Positions 60,896 to 64,000 of a DNA stretch of 64,000 nucleotides are shown in pieces. Position 1 is the stretch's first letter; each line of letters starts with the position of its first letter. The position numbers and the translations under genes are program-made. The stretch comes from Macrostomum lignano (taxonomy: Eukaryota): NCBI GenBank assembly GCA_002269645.1, contig NIVC01000996.1, positions 62,001-126,000 of the forward strand, written 5' to 3'. The notes under the pieces were generated by a model, which saw nothing but the letters and a program-made list of their open reading frames with translations, was not told the origin of the DNA and did no database searches.

Positions 60896-63800
60896 CATGT
60901 CCAACAATTTAACAAAGAAAGAGTGAATGTCTATGTCACGTGCTGGTCAAGCCTATTAACTAATTAGTACGAACATAAGTAGAGAATCTATAGTCAGGAC
61001 TGAGAGAGTTTATTAGCGTGGCCTTACAATACTTTTACAACGAAGAAATTATAAATGTAAAAAGCCAGCAGGTATGTATAAAAGGAATAAAAAATGAAAC
61101 TTTTTAAAAATCTTATACAACTGCATGAGAGCAAAATTGTACTATACATTTTGTAGAGTAACTTACATTACAATTTACTACTGACATGTATTCTGACCGA
61201 ATGTCACCCTCTGGGATCTAGGTGCGGAGCGCGGGGAGGACAGCCCAGCCAATCAGGGCTGGATACGCGATATACACTGCCGCTGCAGACGAAATGGGGG
61301 CCATTGCGAACGGTTAAAAGTGCAATGCTTAATTTGCTCCAAATGCCCCTGACCGAGGGCCAGAGCTGATTGCTCATCGCGGGCACAGCAGTGCTACTTA
61401 ATCCTACTGAGAAGTACCGGCCGTACCTCGATCTGTCTGCAAAACAGTACCGGTAATACCGTCTTGCAGAGGGAACATATCATCACATGTACTGTCTAAT
61501 TATAGTGATGAGGACGCACTTTTTTCCAAATCCCGCGCTAGCACATGGGCTCTAAACTTACTAGCCTACTAACAGTGGGCAATGGGCATTTTTATCCTTT
61601 TTCTGCGAATTGTCATAGAATCTATACTAGATATAATGTTTGGTCATACTAGTAGTCATAATAACGTAGGCGCAGCTTTTTGGGTCATAAATCATCGCTT
61701 TCAAAGCTGGTCTGACAGCCACCTGCGCCTCACTCAGTGTTGAGGCGCGCGCCAGATGGCCTGAGGGGATGCGAATGATAGCTTTTTTCGCATCATTTTT
61801 GACAGGCCATCAGATTTTTGAGGTCAGAGCCTATTGTTCGTGTTCACTCAAGCGTGTGACAGCTTTGACAGCTATGCGTTTTACCCCTAAAAGTACGTTG
61901 GGATTAGCGATTAGCGATTTCTCTTCATTATCTTCACTTTCTATTTAATAAGAGCTTTCTAATGTATATTTTTTCATTCATTTTTGTCAATTCTACGCGA
62001 AAAGTCATAAATCATTTTGTTGCGATTTTGAGTGATTTTTGGCCGCACCTGTCATGTTTTTACGACCCCGAGGGAACTGATAGGATCTCCCGGTCACGTG
62101 ATTTTGGGTGGCAGCTAGCTCATCCAATCAGAAAATTCGACGCTTATTTTAACAAATCGGCTCAGCCAATCAGAATCGACGTGTTCCATTATAACAAACT
62201 GCGGTCCAGTTGGCGGCTATTTAAACCGGTGTTTTTAGCCCGCTCGGACTGCAACCTTTTTGCGACCGGGTACTACCCTTGGCTCCACCGGCCAGGAACT
62301 GACCGTCGTTTCTTGATCCCCAGATTGCGACCTTCCCCCATTATCATCAAGGACCAATGGCAAGGCAGTTCTCAGTCGATCAATCTATCAAATCAGTGAG
62401 CAAAATTGCCAATAGTGCAGAATCGGCTCCAGAGATGTACTTTGTGCACTCTAGGTTAGCCAAGCGGCTCGGGTGATGAATCATGCGGTCTCTGATGTTC
62501 GAGTTAGCCTATCATCAGCGCTAGGAGAGGCTGGTTGGCGCGTTGAAGGCCAAAAGTACAATTCTTCGTTTTTAGCAATGTAATAGTACATGTAGCTACC
62601 CCATAGTCTCGCCACTGCAAAGAATCCCCTGCACAAGTCCCCTCTGTACCTGCATGGCCAATGCGATCTAGTCCCAGCAGTGTCCCTTATCATCGGCTAT
62701 GACTTCGAGATTGACAGCAAAAATACACTAGTTGGCAGGTATGTGCAAAGCCCCTTAGTCGGAAGCCCGATTTCGAGAGTCCCGGTGTGGTGAGCCAGGA
62801 CGTACGGGCTGGTGGCAGCGAGTTAGCTAATCTGCGGATTAGCTAATTTCTCACTACCTTCAAAATTCTCCCTGCTTGTCTCTCGCTGTCCCTCTCTTAG
62901 CTATAGGACCTAGACTGCTCGCCACACGATCAAGCTACCATGGGGCTGACCATCTGACAGGAGTGCCGCCAGGACTCTAATTGATTTATTTCTGACACCT
63001 GAGGCCCGAAGGCTTCCCCACAAGGGGGCCGGAAGGTCGAAACCCGACAATAGTACGAGCAATTTCAGATGCGCTGTCCAAAATAAGTGTCTAACTGTGT
63101 AACTGTATATGCGTGTATCCAGGGACTGCGATACTAATTAAATTCCGGCCTTTCAATACTGACAAAAAGTCCAGTCAACTTATTTAACTCAAATTTAGTA
63201 CGTATACTGAATCCCGAGTGAGATATATGTACACAAATTATACGTCATTCCGCTCACATGACACCTGAAAGCTGGGTTTGGCAAAAAGTGACGAAAGTAG
63301 GACTTGTTGGGAGGTGTGGGATAATTAATAAAGCTGGGCCGGGATAATGACCGGCCAATTTATGAGCTTAAAGTTGATACTAACTATCCCGTATCGCTTG
63401 TGAACATAGGTTACTGACTCCACTTTGAGTTGACAGGCTCTCTAAAAAACCCTTCAAATTGCAGCGCTGTCATGCGCCCTGTTTATACAGTTCAACAAAA
63501 AATCAGCAACAAATTAAATAAAGAATGTAACGATTCCGATTTTTTACTTTCTTGGCTGGGAACATTATGCATGCAGCATGTACAAAAAAGGAAATGAAAA
63601 TGACAGGAAACTCGATCCTCCTGCAAATTACAAAGAAGTCTTTTAACACTTTGTACGTGTACCTTACAAAAAAAATATTGCAATGAAAAAAGAATGCAAT
63701 TGTAATCTAACAGGCTGAAAAAGTGAAAAAAATCTCCGTTGAGTATTTTATAAAACTTAGCCCTCAAATTATTTTTTAGAACCAAATTTCTCGTCATACT

Positions 63801-64000
63801 ACTTGCCATTATTATGGTTATTGTCTAAATGAACTTCAATTAAAAAAATTTTTATAACTTATTTTCTTCAGCAGTTGGAGGTTTAAGTTATAAATCAATT
63901 TTGTTCATTATCATAAGTGTATTTTTGTTTCTTTACTCACTTTTGCATGCACTTGATCATTCCTACTACAACTAATTTTCAAAAATATCGCTGATTCGCT

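Noticed and set aside
61962-62399. 145-aa ORF and clustered CCAAT boxes
   Set aside because: No recognisable domain. The CCAATCA motifs suggest a promoter or TE end, but no linked gene or terminus could be shown.
62995-63050. Hammerhead ribozyme (CTGA...stem...CGAAAC)
   Set aside because: The CUGANGA core is incomplete (CUGAGGC), and no stem I partner or NUH site could be paired. The CTGATGA at 20109 lacks the GAAA.

Overview
Repeat-dense metazoan genomic DNA with spliceosomal GT-AG introns, SINEs, DNA transposons and many minisatellites. The style suggests a flatworm such as Macrostomum, which is inference only. Supported host genes: two tandem rhodopsin-family peptide GPCRs, an intronless non-RD Ser/Thr kinase, a four-exon FANK1 orthologue, a two-exon 4-TM orphan protein, a Q-rich orphan gene and a decayed M13 peptidase. 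The main result is absent from the ORF track. Two paralogous SelW2/MIEN1-like selenoprotein exons lie on the minus strand (45575-45842 and 60216-60486). Each has an in-frame TGA at the selenocysteine position and a C-terminal CaaX box. Each is followed by a nearly identical SECIS-like structure whose apical region is much longer than canonical. Mobile DNA includes a Crypton-type tyrosine recombinase, an RTE-like RT fragment, a mariner derivative built from two 3' ends, two SINE families (one CORE-like), a TIR element carrying TTAGGG repeats, BEL/Pao gag and Ty3/gypsy protease fragments, and a 6.5-kb nest of elements with readable 8-bp target-site duplications. Most long ORFs in the track are tandem-repeat artefacts. 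All alignments and folds were done by eye, and some frameshifts could be assembly errors.
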